DNA from: an uncultured Boseongicola sp.
GTDB taxonomy: Bacteria > Actinomycetota > Acidimicrobiia > Spongiisociales > ZC4RG35
DNA length: 64,000 nucleotides
Reading direction: 5' to 3'
NCBI GenBank assembly: GCA_964194555.1
Contig: CAXMMT010000010.1
Location: 1,917-65,916 of the forward strand
Shown here: positions 8,086-18,792 of the stretch, in pieces
How the letters are laid out: each line of letters starts with the position of its first letter
How positions within the stretch are numbered: the first letter of the stretch is position 1
Notes under the pieces: generated by a model
The model's database searches: none
The model's input: the letters and a program-made list of their open reading frames with translations, nothing else
Told to the model about the DNA's origin: nothing
Position numbers and translations under genes: made by a program

Positions 8086-10902
8086 ATGACAGCGACAGAG
8101 CGCTTGCCCTCGGGTCAGGTCACCTTTCTTTTCACGGACATACAGGGCAGTGCGCAACTGTGGGATTCGTTTCCCGATGAGATGCGGGCGGCGCTGGCAA
8201 CACACAACCAGATCATGGACGGAGCCATCGCCGTGGCAGGTGGCTCTCTCGTCAAGAACACCGGCGATGGGATCTTCGCCGTATTCGATTCCGCATCGGG
8301 CGCCGTCGCCGCGGCGGTGAGCGCTCAGACCGAGATTGCCGCACACAACTGGGATCCGGTTATCGGGTCGATCGAAGTGCGCATGGCGCTCCACACCGAC
8401 GATGTGGAGGCTGTTCGTGGTGACTATCACGGGCCTGCCATCAACCTAGTTGCCAGGATCGAAGCTGCCGGCCACGGTGGACAGATCCTCCTTTCCGACG
8501 CGACGCGGGAGGAGACACACTCGGTTCTCCCAACCGAATTCGAACTGGTCGATTTGGGAGCACACAGGCTGCGCGGTTTGAGCGAGGTCGAGACAATCCA
8601 CCAGCTCGTCGTACCCGGGCTCCGCTCCTCGTTCCCACCCTTGCGCACCGCATCGGTTGCCGTGGGCCGACTGCCCGACTTCGCAACCTCGTTCGTCGGC
8701 CGCCTCGATGACATCGAAAATATAGCAAAACAGCTTGCCGACAGAGAGTGCCGTGTTCTGACTGCCGTCGGTCCTGGTGGAATAGGCAAGACCCGGCTGT
8801 CTGTCGAGGCGGCGCGTAGTTTTGGGGAAGCATCGGGGCTGGTACCCCATTTTGTGTCGTTGGCTGCGGTGCCAAGCCCCGAGGCGATCATCAAAGAGGT
8901 CGCCGAAAGCTTGAACTTCACCATCGACCTCCATGTTGCGAGCACTGTCGACGAGACCACCCAGGTGCTCGATCTGCTCCACAGCCAGCGGATGGTTCTC
9001 ATCCTCGACAACTTCGAACACCTGCTCTCCGGTGCCGGCCTCGTGACCCGCATCGTGGAGTCGGCACCGGAAATCAAGGTGTTGGTCACGAGCAGGGAAC
9101 GGCTCGGGATCGGAAGCGAGTGGGTCTATGAGGTGAACGGTCTCGATGTCGGGGCCGGGGCGCCTGGGGACCAACCGTCCGAAGCCGTGACCCTGTTCAT
9201 CGATCGGGCCCGCCGTGCTGGTGCCGCTCTTGCCTTCGAAAGCCACGACGATGTAGCAGCCCTGTGCAATCTGTTGGGAGGGATGCCGCTCGCCATCGAG
9301 TTGGCGGCAGCTTGGGCCCCGGTGCTACCAGTGGGCGGGATCGCCGAGGAGGTTCAGGCGAATCTCGACTTCCTCAGCGGATCACTCACCGACGTGCCGG
9401 AGCGTCATCGCAGCATCAGAGCGGCCTTCAACCACTCCTGGAGCCGACTTTCCCCCGACCTAAGAGACGCCTTCGCCGGCCTCGCAGTCTTCCCGGCGCC
9501 GTTCACCCGGGACGCCGCCGCGGCGGTAGCGGGGACGACGCTGCCGACGCTGTTGGAGTTGATGAACAAATCACTGCTTCGCCGTACCGAGCTCGATGGC
9601 TACGACATGCATCCGCTGCTTCGCGAGTTCGGCCTGGAACAAATCGGCGATGGGCGCGAGTCAGCGTCTCGCAAGCATGCCGAGTACTACATCAACCGCC
9701 TCCTCGAAAGAGAAAACCGGCTGCAGGGCAGCATCGATCAGATCGAGGTAAGGGATGAAGTCGCTCCCGAGCTGGGCAACCTAAGGCAGGCGACCCTGTG
9801 GAGCGCAGAGAACCAGGAACGTGGAGAGCTCGGGGCGATCCTCAACGCGCTCCAATCCTTCTACTTCCTCTACAGCTGGACTGAGGCCATCGACCACTTC
9901 AGCGAGATCGCCGACGTGGTCGAAGCCATGGTCGGCCACGAAGCCGCTCTCGACGACGAGAGATACCTATGGGCCCGCACGTTCGCGATGTTCTGGCTGG
10001 TAGCTCTGGGGGACGTCGACCGGGGTACCGAGGAAATGAACCACTTGCTATCCCATTGGGAAAAGGTAGGTGGGCTAGGCCTGAGTTGGTGTCTCCTGGC
10101 ACTGGGGATGGCTGCCGACCAGCGAGGTGACCTTACCGAGGCCCAAACCTGGTTGGAGCGTGGCCAACGAAATGGCCTGAAGCCCAACCGGCAACTCGAA
10201 GTACATCACGCCGCCTGGTACGGATGGGTCCTCTTCGAACAAGGAGACATCGAGGGGGCGCAGGAGAATTTCCAGCGAGGTCTCGACATCGCCGAGGGCG
10301 CTGGCGACTACCTGGGACGTGCCTTTCTTCTGAGCAAGCTCGGTGTGGCCGCCGACGGGCTTGGGAACCACGAACAAGCGGCGAAGTACCACCACGAAGG
10401 CCGGGAGATCTTCGTGAAGACCGGAGACCTGGGAGGTCAGGGATACACACTGTCGCGTCTCAGCTGGACCTACTGGCTGATGGGTGACTACGTCAAGGCG
10501 AAACGTTACGGCGAGGAAGGCTTGGAGAAGTTCGATGAGATCAACCATCGCTGGGGAGTTGCGGCATCGTGGTGCCGGATCGGAATGGCTGAACTCGGTC
10601 TTGGCGACGTTGAAGCCGCAGCCGAAGCGTTCCGGACCGGGTTGGATTCGGCGGCTCACTACAAGATGCAGAACCTCGTGTACTACGCGTTGATGGGGAT
10701 GGGAAGAGTGTTCGCGGCGCAGGGGAAGACCGATGCAGCGGTCCAGCTACTCGTGCACAACGTTCAATTGGCTGAGAACCCCTACGCCAACATGGCACAG
10801 GAGGCGCTTGACGATCTGGCCGATCGGGAGGCCGAGGAGATGCGTCTGAGCGGGAGCGCGATGACACTCGAAGAAGCCGTCGGACTCGCCAGCGAAGACT
10901 GA
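8086..10902 (+). CDS. class III nucleotide cyclase domain fused to STAND (NB-ARC-like) NTPase and TPR repeats
   Basis: Cyclase motifs [33 protein letters not shown]. Walker [11 protein letters not shown]. Walker B-like [10 protein letters not shown]. About 350-aa C-terminal TPR-like region. Start chosen at ATG 8086 ([11 protein letters not shown]). Confidence 0.8.
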   Translation: MTATERLPSGQVTFLFTDIQGSAQLWDSFPDEMRAALATHNQIMDGAIAVAGGSLVKNTGDGIFAVFDSASGAVAAAVSAQTEIAAHNWDPVIGSIEVRMALHTDDVEAVRGDYHGPAINLVARIEAAGHGGQILLSDATREETHSVLPTEFELVDLGAHRLRGLSEVETIHQLVVPGLRSSFPPLRTASVAVGRLPDFATSFVGRLDDIENIAKQLADRECRVLTAVGPGGIGKTRLSVEAARSFGEASGLVPHFVSLAAVPSPEAIIKEVAESLNFTIDLHVASTVDETTQVLDLLHSQRMVLILDNFEHLLSGAGLVTRIVESAPEIKVLVTSRERLGIGSEWVYEVNGLDVGAGAPGDQPSEAVTLFIDRARRAGAALAFESHDDVAALCNLLGGMPLAIELAAAWAPVLPVGGIAEEVQANLDFLSGSLTDVPERHRSIRAAFNHSWSRLSPDLRDAFAGLAVFPAPFTRDAAAAVAGTTLPTLLELMNKSLLRRTELDGYDMHPLLREFGLEQIGDGRESASRKHAEYYINRLLERENRLQGSIDQIEVRDEVAPELGNLRQATLWSAENQERGELGAILNALQSFYFLYSWTEAIDHFSEIADVVEAMVGHEAALDDERYLWARTFAMFWLVALGDVDRGTEEMNHLLSHWEKVGGLGLSWCLLALGMAADQRGDLTEAQTWLERGQRNGLKPNRQLEVHHAAWYGWVLFEQGDIEGAQENFQRGLDIAEGAGDYLGRAFLLSKLGVAADGLGNHEQAAKYHHEGREIFVKTGDLGGQGYTLSRLSWTYWLMGDYVKAKRYGEEGLEKFDEINHRWGVAASWCRIGMAELGLGDVEAAAEAFRTGLDSAAHYKMQNLVYYALMGMGRVFAAQGKTDAAVQLLVHNVQLAENPYANMAQEALDDLADREAEEMRLSGSAMTLEEAVGLASED

Positions 10903-10967
10903 GTAGCACCTCCCCCGATCACCAACTCGCGCGGATCTCGCTCCTGACAACATGCCAATCCGTATGC

Positions 10968-11150
10968 ATGATCGACAACGCCAGTCCGCCCTTGGTGCTC
11001 TCCGGATTGGAAGGAGACGCAGTCCTCAGTTACACGATCGACTCGGAGCGTTTCGAGGGGCAAGCCTTCGTCGAGATGATCGAACAGACTTATGTGGCCT
11101 TCAAACGGGCGATCGACTTGATCGTGATGAACACCAGTTGTGAGTGCAAC
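10968..11150 (+). pseudogene. internal fragment of a DUF2652-family gene (paralogue of 39341..40507)
   Basis: The translation IDNASPPLVLSGLEGDAVLSYTIDSERFEGQAFVEMIEQTYVAFKRAIDLIVMNTSCECN matches residues about 42-102 of the 388-aa protein at 39341..40507 almost residue for residue. The N-terminal 40 aa are missing (stop at 10947-10949), and similarity is lost after about 11150. Confidence 0.65.
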
Positions 11151-11162
11151 CTGGTCGAGTGT

Positions 11163-12992
11163 TCAGCTGTCGTACTGGAACAGGCCGATCCATTCCACAA
11201 CCAGGGCGGGTCGTTCGACTCCCTCCGTTTCAACCGTTACCTCGTAGGTGACTTGGAGTGCTGTTTCACGTTGGTGGACGTCTTTGATCACGCTCGAGGC
11301 ACGGATGCTGGATCCTGATCTGACAGGTTCTATGAACCTCACGCGATCGAAGCCGTAGTTGACGGCCATCACGAGGCCCTCTGAAGGTGGTGGTTGGTCA
11401 GGAATGGATGACGTGAGGTGGCTGAGCATGGACAACGTGAGCATCCCATGGGCGACGGTTCCGCCAAGTGGAGTGGCTGCGGCTTTTTCGGGGTCAATGT
11501 GGATGAACTGGTGGTCGTGTGTCAGGTCAGCGAACTCGTTGATTTGGTCCTGGGTGACCTGGAACCAATCGCCCGGTGTCTGTTGGATGCCAATCCGTTT
11601 CCGCATGATCTCCAGAGCTGTCGTCGCGTTGCCCACTCTTCCATCTCCTCGCCAGTCCAGTTCGAAGAGCCTGATTGGTTCTTCGATTCCCTTGAGTTCC
11701 CGTTCGCCTCGGAAAATGAAGCGATATTCCTTGCCTGCCACCAACTCCCGGACGATGCTCGACACGAGCACCTGTCCACCATTGGCGCTTCCCATGATGC
11801 GCGCGGCTCGGATAACTGCAGCGCCGTGAAGATCATCGCCTTCTGCGATCGGCTCACCAGCGTGAATCCCGACACGCACCCGGATTGGCTTCTCGCTTCC
11901 AGCGAAGTGGGCTTCGATGGTCTGTTGCATTTCGGCCGCCGCATCGAGCGCCGCGGATACCGACTCGAAAGAGACCATGAAACCGTCGCCCATCGTTTTG
12001 ATCTCAGTGCCTCCATGAGCATTGAGAGCATCCCGGCATAGCTTCTCGTGTTCCCGCAGCAATTGTCTGCCCGCTTCGTCCCCGAGTTGTTCGATCAATT
12101 CTGTTGAACCCTCAACATCGGTGAAGAGAACTGTTTTGAATCCCGATTTCTCGCGGATTGGAACCGCCCGGGCACCGTTGGCAACGAACCCCAAGATTTC
12201 GTTGACAACGTCAATCGTGTGAGGGTCACCCGCTTCGGGAGGGAAGTGCGCCATACCGTCAATGATCAATGCTCGCGAGCCGGGTATTCCGGCTGCCAAA
12301 TCACGGCCGTGCCGAGGAGGCCAGGCCTTGCTATCCCGACGATGAATGATCAACGTTGGTGCTGAGACCTCGGCGAGTCGAGGGCGCAGGTCCCACCCAT
12401 ACATCGATTCGAGCATGTTTGCCGCCACCTCGGCGGTAGCGCTCTCTCGCTGACCCCTGGCAAACTCAGCCTGCGCCTCTTTGCTCGCACCTGGTATCAG
12501 CATGTCCGTCAGAACCTTCGAGCCGACTCCCCATGAGGCGCGCACCATGCTCACGAAGCTCTTGCGAAACTCTTCCGGTGCAAGGGCTGCGCCGTTGGCC
12601 CCCGTCGAGTACAGAACCAGGCGTTGTACCCGTTCAGGGTGAAGTGTTGCATACGAGATCGCCACAGGACCGCCTTCGGACATCCCCATGAGATTGAACG
12701 TGTCGAGGCCGAGATGATCGACGAGTGACTCGACCTCGTATCTTTCGGACGCCAAGGTGAAGTCGGTGCGGTCCCGATCGGAGAGACCACAACCGTGTTT
12801 GTCAAACGTGATGAGCGTCACGTGCTCAGTCAGGGGACCGAAAAGCAGCGTCGATGGCTCCTTCCAGAAGTAGCCACCGTGAGTGGTCCAGCCAGGCACG
12901 AGGACGAGAGGAGGCCCCACTCCCGCCTGCGTATAGGCAATCGTCACCCCATCCGGGCGTTTGTAATAGGCGAGCTCATGATCCATGACCAA
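11163..12992 (-). CDS. alpha/beta hydrolase - class III nucleotide cyclase - MaoC-like (hotdog) dehydratase fusion protein
   Basis: 609 aa. Nucleophile elbow GMSEGG with a hydrolase fold in residues 1 to about 285. Cyclase motifs VLFTDVEGST, TMGDGFMVSF, GIHAGEP. C-terminal MaoC motifs FADLTHDHQFIHIDPEKAA and GGTVAHGMLTLS. Confidence 0.8.
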   Translation of the reverse strand: MVMDHELAYYKRPDGVTIAYTQAGVGPPLVLVPGWTTHGGYFWKEPSTLLFGPLTEHVTLITFDKHGCGLSDRDRTDFTLASERYEVESLVDHLGLDTFNLMGMSEGGPVAISYATLHPERVQRLVLYSTGANGAALAPEEFRKSFVSMVRASWGVGSKVLTDMLIPGASKEAQAEFARGQRESATAEVAANMLESMYGWDLRPRLAEVSAPTLIIHRRDSKAWPPRHGRDLAAGIPGSRALIIDGMAHFPPEAGDPHTIDVVNEILGFVANGARAVPIREKSGFKTVLFTDVEGSTELIEQLGDEAGRQLLREHEKLCRDALNAHGGTEIKTMGDGFMVSFESVSAALDAAAEMQQTIEAHFAGSEKPIRVRVGIHAGEPIAEGDDLHGAAVIRAARIMGSANGGQVLVSSIVRELVAGKEYRFIFRGERELKGIEEPIRLFELDWRGDGRVGNATTALEIMRKRIGIQQTPGDWFQVTQDQINEFADLTHDHQFIHIDPEKAAATPLGGTVAHGMLTLSMLSHLTSSIPDQPPPSEGLVMAVNYGFDRVRFIEPVRSGSSIRASSVIKDVHQRETALQVTYEVTVETEGVERPALVVEWIGLFQYDS

Positions 12993-13108
12993 GCGACGAG
13001 CTTATTGCATACGTTTCCCGCTACGACGATCAGTGCGTCTCGTGGCATGTCGTCTGGCTTGGCCGAGGTCAAATAGCGGTAGTTCCTCCCGAGGCGGCAC
13101 TCCTCGCT

Positions 13109-13615
13109 TCAAGCCTTGAAGGTGCCTGGTCTCGGCTGCATCTCGGGTGTGGCGTGGCCCTCTTCCCAGGGAAATCTGCCTTCGGTGTCGTCGTAACTGA
13201 GTTGAAGGACGGGGACCGAGACATCGGCGGGCCGCTGGTAGTACCGGTTGGCCTCGAACACGATGTCTCCGGGGTTGGGGACCGGCTCCGGAATGATCTG
13301 GTGTGGCCACTCATCGAATGTGACGAGCTGACCCGGCAGGAGTGCCTCCCCGTCTCGGACGCGGGTGCCCAGCGTGTTGATCACCCCGGCGGCGGTGTTG
13401 GGCCCGACGCCAAAGATCAACAATTCGGGGTGAGCCAGTCCGAACAGCCCGACCGTGTAGGCGAATGCTGGATCGTCGGATTGCGAGCATTCACATTCTG
13501 GTCGGCTACAGGAACTTCCTCCAACGTATTGGATGAACCAGCCATACTGCCGAATGTTTTCTGCCACATTTGCGTCCTCCTGGTCGAGCCAGGCCTGTGT
13601 TCGAGCATCCATCAC
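13109..13615 (-). CDS. DUF4262 domain protein
   Basis: 168 aa. ENIRQYGWFIQYVGG...PAFAYTVGLFGLAHPELLIFG is the characteristic DUF4262 core. Confidence 0.6.
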   Translation of the reverse strand: MMDARTQAWLDQEDANVAENIRQYGWFIQYVGGSSCSRPECECSQSDDPAFAYTVGLFGLAHPELLIFGVGPNTAAGVINTLGTRVRDGEALLPGQLVTFDEWPHQIIPEPVPNPGDIVFEANRYYQRPADVSVPVLQLSYDDTEGRFPWEEGHATPEMQPRPGTFKA

Positions 13616-13725
13616 TCACTCCCTTCAAGTCTGTCCGATGGATCAGTGCTCAACGTACGGGGGGCCACCGACAGAAACGGCGTCAGCCCGTCGGCGTGGA
13701 TCACCCTCCTCTAGGATCGGCTGCC

Positions 13726-15624
13726 ATGACCTACAAAGCCGTTTATGAGCGCTCGCTTCGCGACCCAGAGGCCTTCTGGGGCGAGGCGGCCGAGTTGATC
13801 GATTGGGAAGTGGTTCCACAGCAGATACTGGACGATTCTCGCCCACCGTTTTATCGCTGGTTTCCCGATGGGGTTCTCAACACATGTCACAACGCTCTTG
13901 ATCGGCATGTGGACGGGGGACGGGCGGACCAGTTGGCATTGGTCTACGACTCACCGGTAACCGAAACCGTCAGGTCCTTTACCTATAGGGAGTTCCGTGA
14001 CAAGGTTGCCATCGTTGCGGGCGCCCTCTCCGACCTCGGGGTCAAGAAAGGCGACAGGGTCATCATCTACATGCCGATGGTGCCGGAAACCGCCATGGCC
14101 ATGCTCGCCTGTGCTCGCATCGGCGCAGTCCATTCGGTGGTGTTCGGAGGCTTCGCGGCTAATGAGCTGGCGACGAGGATCGACGACGCCCGACCGGTGG
14201 CGATTCTCTCGGCGAGCTGTGGGATCGAGCCCGGACGGATCGTCGAGTACAAACCGTTGCTCGATGCGGCGATCGACCTCGCCGATCACAAACCTGACAC
14301 CGTGATGGTGCTTCAGCGTCCCCAGGCCCGCGCAACCATGGTGGAGGGGAGAGACGTCGATTGGTCTGAGACGGTGAGCGCTGCATCACCGGTTGACTGT
14401 GTTTCCGTATCGGCCACGGATCCGCTCTATATCCTCTACACCTCAGGAACCACAGGAGAGCCCAAGGGAATCGTTCGGGACAACGGTGGCCACGCGGTGG
14501 CGTTGGCGTGGTCGATGCGCGCGCTGTATGGCGTTGAGCCGGGTGAGACGTATTGGGCGGCATCGGATCTCGGCTGGACCGTCGGGCACTCCTACATCGT
14601 GTACGCGCCACTGTTTCACGGATGCACCACCATCCTCTACGAGGGCAAGCCGGTCGGCACACCCGACCCTGGTGCGTTCTGGCGTGTGATCGCTCAGCAC
14701 GGCGTCTCCGTTCTCTTCACGGCCCCCACCGCTTTCCGAGCCATAAAACGCGACGACCCCGATGGCGAGTTCATCGCCCGCTACGACCTTTCCGAGTTTC
14801 GGACGCTGTTCCTGGCGGGAGAGCGTTGTGACCCCGACACCCTTCACTGGGCAGAGGAAAAGCTGGGTGTCCCCGTGATCGATCATTGGTGGCAGACGGA
14901 GAGCGGCTCGCCCATGGTCACCAACCCGATCGGAATCGAGACTTTCGCGGTCAAGCCGGGTTCACCAACCCTTCCCGTTCCCGGTTATGACATACGAGTG
15001 CTCAAAGAGAGCGGGGAGGAGTGCGACCCGGACGAGATCGGCGCCATCGTTGCTCGCCTGCCATTGCCTCCGGGCGCGCTGCCGACGCTATGGAACGCTG
15101 ACGATCGTTTCGTCGAGGCCTACATGAGCACCTTCCCCGGGTTCTATCTCACCTCGGATGCCGGCTACAAGGACGAAGACGGTTACTTCTACATCATGAG
15201 CCGCATCGATGACATCATCAATGTGGCCGGTCACCGGTTGTCGACGGGAGCGATGGAAGAGGTCCTGGCCGAGCATCCCGACGTCGCGGAATGTGCCGTC
15301 TTCGGTGTTGCCGATCAGCTGAAAGGGCAGCTTCCGGTCGGCTTCGTCGTTCTGCAGGCCGGCGCCGATCGTGTTCCGTCCGAGGTCGAGTCCGAACTGG
15401 TGGCGATGGTCCGGGAACGGATCGGCCCGGTGGCTGCCTTCAAGAAGGCGAGTGTGGTCTCTAGGTTGCCCAAGACCCGTTCAGGCAAGATCCTCCGAGG
15501 GACCATGCGCAAGATCGCCGATGGAGAAGAGTGGACCATGCCGGCGACCATCGACGACCCGGCGATTCTTGACGAGATCGGTGTGGCGCTGTCGAACATG
15601 GGTTATGGGAAGGAAACACAGTGA
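13726..15624 (+). CDS. prpE: propionate/acetate--CoA ligase (acyl-CoA synthetase, Acs/PrpE family)
   Basis: Start at ATG 13726 ([18 protein letters not shown]). AMP-binding motif [14 protein letters not shown] and C-terminal [10 protein letters not shown]; 632 aa. Substrate not determinable from sequence. Confidence 0.75.
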   Translation: MTYKAVYERSLRDPEAFWGEAAELIDWEVVPQQILDDSRPPFYRWFPDGVLNTCHNALDRHVDGGRADQLALVYDSPVTETVRSFTYREFRDKVAIVAGALSDLGVKKGDRVIIYMPMVPETAMAMLACARIGAVHSVVFGGFAANELATRIDDARPVAILSASCGIEPGRIVEYKPLLDAAIDLADHKPDTVMVLQRPQARATMVEGRDVDWSETVSAASPVDCVSVSATDPLYILYTSGTTGEPKGIVRDNGGHAVALAWSMRALYGVEPGETYWAASDLGWTVGHSYIVYAPLFHGCTTILYEGKPVGTPDPGAFWRVIAQHGVSVLFTAPTAFRAIKRDDPDGEFIARYDLSEFRTLFLAGERCDPDTLHWAEEKLGVPVIDHWWQTESGSPMVTNPIGIETFAVKPGSPTLPVPGYDIRVLKESGEECDPDEIGAIVARLPLPPGALPTLWNADDRFVEAYMSTFPGFYLTSDAGYKDEDGYFYIMSRIDDIINVAGHRLSTGAMEEVLAEHPDVAECAVFGVADQLKGQLPVGFVVLQAGADRVPSEVESELVAMVRERIGPVAAFKKASVVSRLPKTRSGKILRGTMRKIADGEEWTMPATIDDPAILDEIGVALSNMGYGKETQ

Positions 15625-17255
15625 CCCTGTCAATAGCCGCCGGCCCAACCGACACCCCCTTGTTGTCCTCCACCATCGGCGCCAACCTCGAGGCCACAGT
15701 GGATCGATTTCCCGATCGAGAGGCTCTCGTGGTTGTGCATCAGGGGATTCGTCAGACCTGGGCTGAGTTCTACGACACCATCAATGAGGTGGCCAAAGGC
15801 CTCATGGCAATGGGAATCCAGGTCGGCGACCGGGTCGGCATGTGGAGTCCCAACTTCGCCGAGTGGGTCTACATCCAGTACGCCACCGCCAAGATCGGCG
15901 CCATCCAGGTCAACATCAATCCTGCCTATCGGGTCAACGAGCTTCAGTACGCCCTCGAACAGTCTGGCTGCCGTCTCCTGGTGACACGCACCGAGTATCT
16001 GACTTCGGGATACCGTGACATGGTCGACGAGGTTGCACCCGGTATTCGAAGTCTCGAAAAGGTGATCTACTTCGACACCGACGACTGGGCGGAGTTGATC
16101 GAAGCGGGGGCGACGGTGTCCGACCACGATCTGGCTGCGCGCGCCGACTCTTTGGATCCCGGCGATCCGATCAACATCCAGTACACGTCGGGTACGACCG
16201 GGCACCCCAAGGGCGCCACCCTCAGCCATCGAAGCATTCTCAACAACGCTCTTTTCGTCGGCAATGCCTGCGCCTACACCGAAGAGGATCGGATTTGCAT
16301 ACCGGTTCCGTTCTATCACTGCTTCGGCATGGTCATGGGCAACCTGGCATGCTCGGTATTCGGGGCGACGATGGTGGTGCCGTCGCCGACGTTCGACCCC
16401 GAAGCCGTGCTACGAACGCTCCAGGACGAGCGGTGCACCTCGCTCTACGGTGTTCCGACGATGTTCGTCGCCGAGCTCGGCCTATCAGGTCTGGCGAGTT
16501 TCGATCTCTCTGCCATGCGCACCGGCATCATGGCCGGGTCACCCTGCCCGACGGAGGTGATGCGCCGCGTCATCGATGACATGGGCATGGCGGAGGTCAC
16601 CATTGCGTACGGCATGACCGAGACGTCTCCCGTCTCAACCCAAACGAGCACCGACGACTCTGTCGAGCATCGGGTATCGACAGTGGGACGGGTCCTTCCA
16701 CACGTCGAATCCAAGATCGTCGACCCCGAGACTGGTGAGGTGGTTCCCCGTGGCGAGGAGGGCGAATACTGCACTCGGGGCTACCACGTGATGCTGGGCT
16801 ACTGGAACGACTCTGAGATGACTGCCGAAGCCATTGATGCCGATGGGTGGATGCACTCGGGCGACCTGGCCACCATGGACCACGACGGCTACGTCAACAT
16901 CGTCGGTCGGATAAAGGACATGATCATCCGTGGCGGCGAGAACATCTATCCCCGCGAGATCGAGGAGTTTCTCTACTCCCACCCGGCCATCGCCGATGCC
17001 CAGGTCATTGGGGTTCCCGACGAGAGATACGGTGAGGAGATCATGGCCTGGGTCCAGCTTGTTGTCGGCGCAGAGCTAACCGAGGACGAGCTGAAGGACT
17101 TCTGCAGAGACAAGATCGCCCACTTCAAGATTCCCCGATACGTCAGGTTCGTGAGCGAGTTCCCGATGACGGTCACCGGCAAGGTTCGCAAGGTCGAGAT
17201 GCGTGACAAGTCGATCGCCGAACTCGGACTGGCTCCTACTTCAGCCACGGCCTGA
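15621..17255 (+). CDS. AMP-dependent acyl-CoA synthetase (medium/long-chain FadD/ACSF2-like)
   Basis: 544 aa. [42 protein letters not shown], and GKVRK near the C-terminus. Start overlaps the upstream stop (GTGA). Confidence 0.85.
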   Translation: MTLSIAAGPTDTPLLSSTIGANLEATVDRFPDREALVVVHQGIRQTWAEFYDTINEVAKGLMAMGIQVGDRVGMWSPNFAEWVYIQYATAKIGAIQVNINPAYRVNELQYALEQSGCRLLVTRTEYLTSGYRDMVDEVAPGIRSLEKVIYFDTDDWAELIEAGATVSDHDLAARADSLDPGDPINIQYTSGTTGHPKGATLSHRSILNNALFVGNACAYTEEDRICIPVPFYHCFGMVMGNLACSVFGATMVVPSPTFDPEAVLRTLQDERCTSLYGVPTMFVAELGLSGLASFDLSAMRTGIMAGSPCPTEVMRRVIDDMGMAEVTIAYGMTETSPVSTQTSTDDSVEHRVSTVGRVLPHVESKIVDPETGEVVPRGEEGEYCTRGYHVMLGYWNDSEMTAEAIDADGWMHSGDLATMDHDGYVNIVGRIKDMIIRGGENIYPREIEEFLYSHPAIADAQVIGVPDERYGEEIMAWVQLVVGAELTEDELKDFCRDKIAHFKIPRYVRFVSEFPMTVTGKVRKVEMRDKSIAELGLAPTSATA

Positions 17256-17263
17256 ACACGGCC

Positions 17264-18790
17264 ATGCAGACCGGACCCAACGTGAGCACCCTCATCGATG
17301 GGTGGCTCGAGGCGGGGCGAGGGTCGGAGACTGCGCTGATAACGGCAGACGACGAGGCGTGGTCTGCCGACAGGCTCCACGCCGCGGTGTGCAGCGTTGC
17401 CGGTCGGCTCGCCGATGCCGGGATTCGGAGAGAAGATCGCTTGATGCTGGTGCTGGACGACACGCCTGCATTTCCGGCGATATTCCTGGGGGCCATGCGC
17501 ATCGGGGCAATTCCGGTCCCGGTCAACTTTCTAGCCCGTCCTGAGGACTTCGGCTATTTCCTCGATGACTCCTATGCGGTGGCCGCAGTCGTCGATCATG
17601 CGTTTCTGAAGATCGTCGGCCCTCAGATCCTCTCCCGGCCCGATGTGCGTCTGATAGTCGGCAACGGGCCGGCGCCCGACGATGCCGGCTCCCTCGACGA
17701 ATGGATGGGAGACGATGTTGGCGATGTCACTCCGGTCAACACCCACCCCGATGACATGGCGTTCTGGCAGTATTCGTCCGGCTCGACCGGTCCGCCGAAA
17801 GGTGTCGTTCACCGCCATGCCAGCGTGGCGGCGACCTGTACCGCATATGCAGAATCGGTGTTGGGGATCGGCCGGCGTGATGTGGTTTTCTCCAGCACCA
17901 AGATGTTTCACGCATACGGTCTTGGCAACAACCTGAGTTTCCCGTTGTGGACGGGAGCGACATCTGTCTACCTGACAGGTCGACCATCTCCCGACCGGCT
18001 ACTGGAGCGGATCCGCCGTCAGAGACCGTCTGTGCTTTTCACGGTGCCCGCCCTGTACAACGCGATGCTCGCTGACCCAGGTTTCGACGAGACGGATTGG
18101 TCGGCGGTGCGGACGGCCGTCTCAGCCGCCGAACCGCTGCCGCCGGAGATCTGGAGGCGATTCCTCGATCGCACCGGTCTCGAGATCCTCGACGGCATCG
18201 GCTCCACAGAACTGCTCCATATCTACTGTTCGAATCGGAAGGACTCGGTGAAACCCGGTACCACCGGCATACCTGTTGACGGCTATTCACTCGAGATTCG
18301 TGATGTCGACGGCGAGCTTTGTGAGACAGACGAAGCGGGAGAGATGTGGGTCAGGGGCCCTAGCGCTCTGAGTGCCTACTGGAATCAGCCGGATCGCACC
18401 AGGGACAAGATCCGCGGCGACTGGTTCCTTTCCGGTGATCGCTACCGCATGGACGCCGACGGCTTCTACACCTACATGGGCCGGGTCGACGACATGATGA
18501 AAGTCGGCGGTTTATGGGTTAGCCCGATCGAGATCGAGAACCGATTGATGGAACATGAGGCAATAAGTGAGGCCGCAGTTGTCGCGGTGGACATCGATCA
18601 CCGTTCGAGGATCAAAGCCAGCGTGATATTGACTGAAGGACACCATGGCGGGGAGGCGCTCACCTCCTCGCTTCAGAAGTGGTGCAAGGCTGCACTACAG
18701 CGTCACGAGTTCCCTCATGTGGTTGAGGTCGTCGACGATTTTCCTAGAACAGCCACAGGAAAGATCCAGCGATTCCGGCTGAGAGATTGA
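17264..18790 (+). CDS. benzoate/4-hydroxybenzoate--CoA ligase family protein
   Basis: 508 aa. AFWQYSSGSTGPPKGVVH, MFHAYGLGNNLSFPLWTGAT, GSTELLHIY and ATGKIQRF are typical of aryl-CoA (benzoate-CoA) ligases. Converges on boxB. Confidence 0.7.
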   Translation: MQTGPNVSTLIDGWLEAGRGSETALITADDEAWSADRLHAAVCSVAGRLADAGIRREDRLMLVLDDTPAFPAIFLGAMRIGAIPVPVNFLARPEDFGYFLDDSYAVAAVVDHAFLKIVGPQILSRPDVRLIVGNGPAPDDAGSLDEWMGDDVGDVTPVNTHPDDMAFWQYSSGSTGPPKGVVHRHASVAATCTAYAESVLGIGRRDVVFSSTKMFHAYGLGNNLSFPLWTGATSVYLTGRPSPDRLLERIRRQRPSVLFTVPALYNAMLADPGFDETDWSAVRTAVSAAEPLPPEIWRRFLDRTGLEILDGIGSTELLHIYCSNRKDSVKPGTTGIPVDGYSLEIRDVDGELCETDEAGEMWVRGPSALSAYWNQPDRTRDKIRGDWFLSGDRYRMDADGFYTYMGRVDDMMKVGGLWVSPIEIENRLMEHEAISEAAVVAVDIDHRSRIKASVILTEGHHGGEALTSSLQKWCKAALQRHEFPHVVEVVDDFPRTATGKIQRFRLRD

Positions 18791-18792
18791 GG

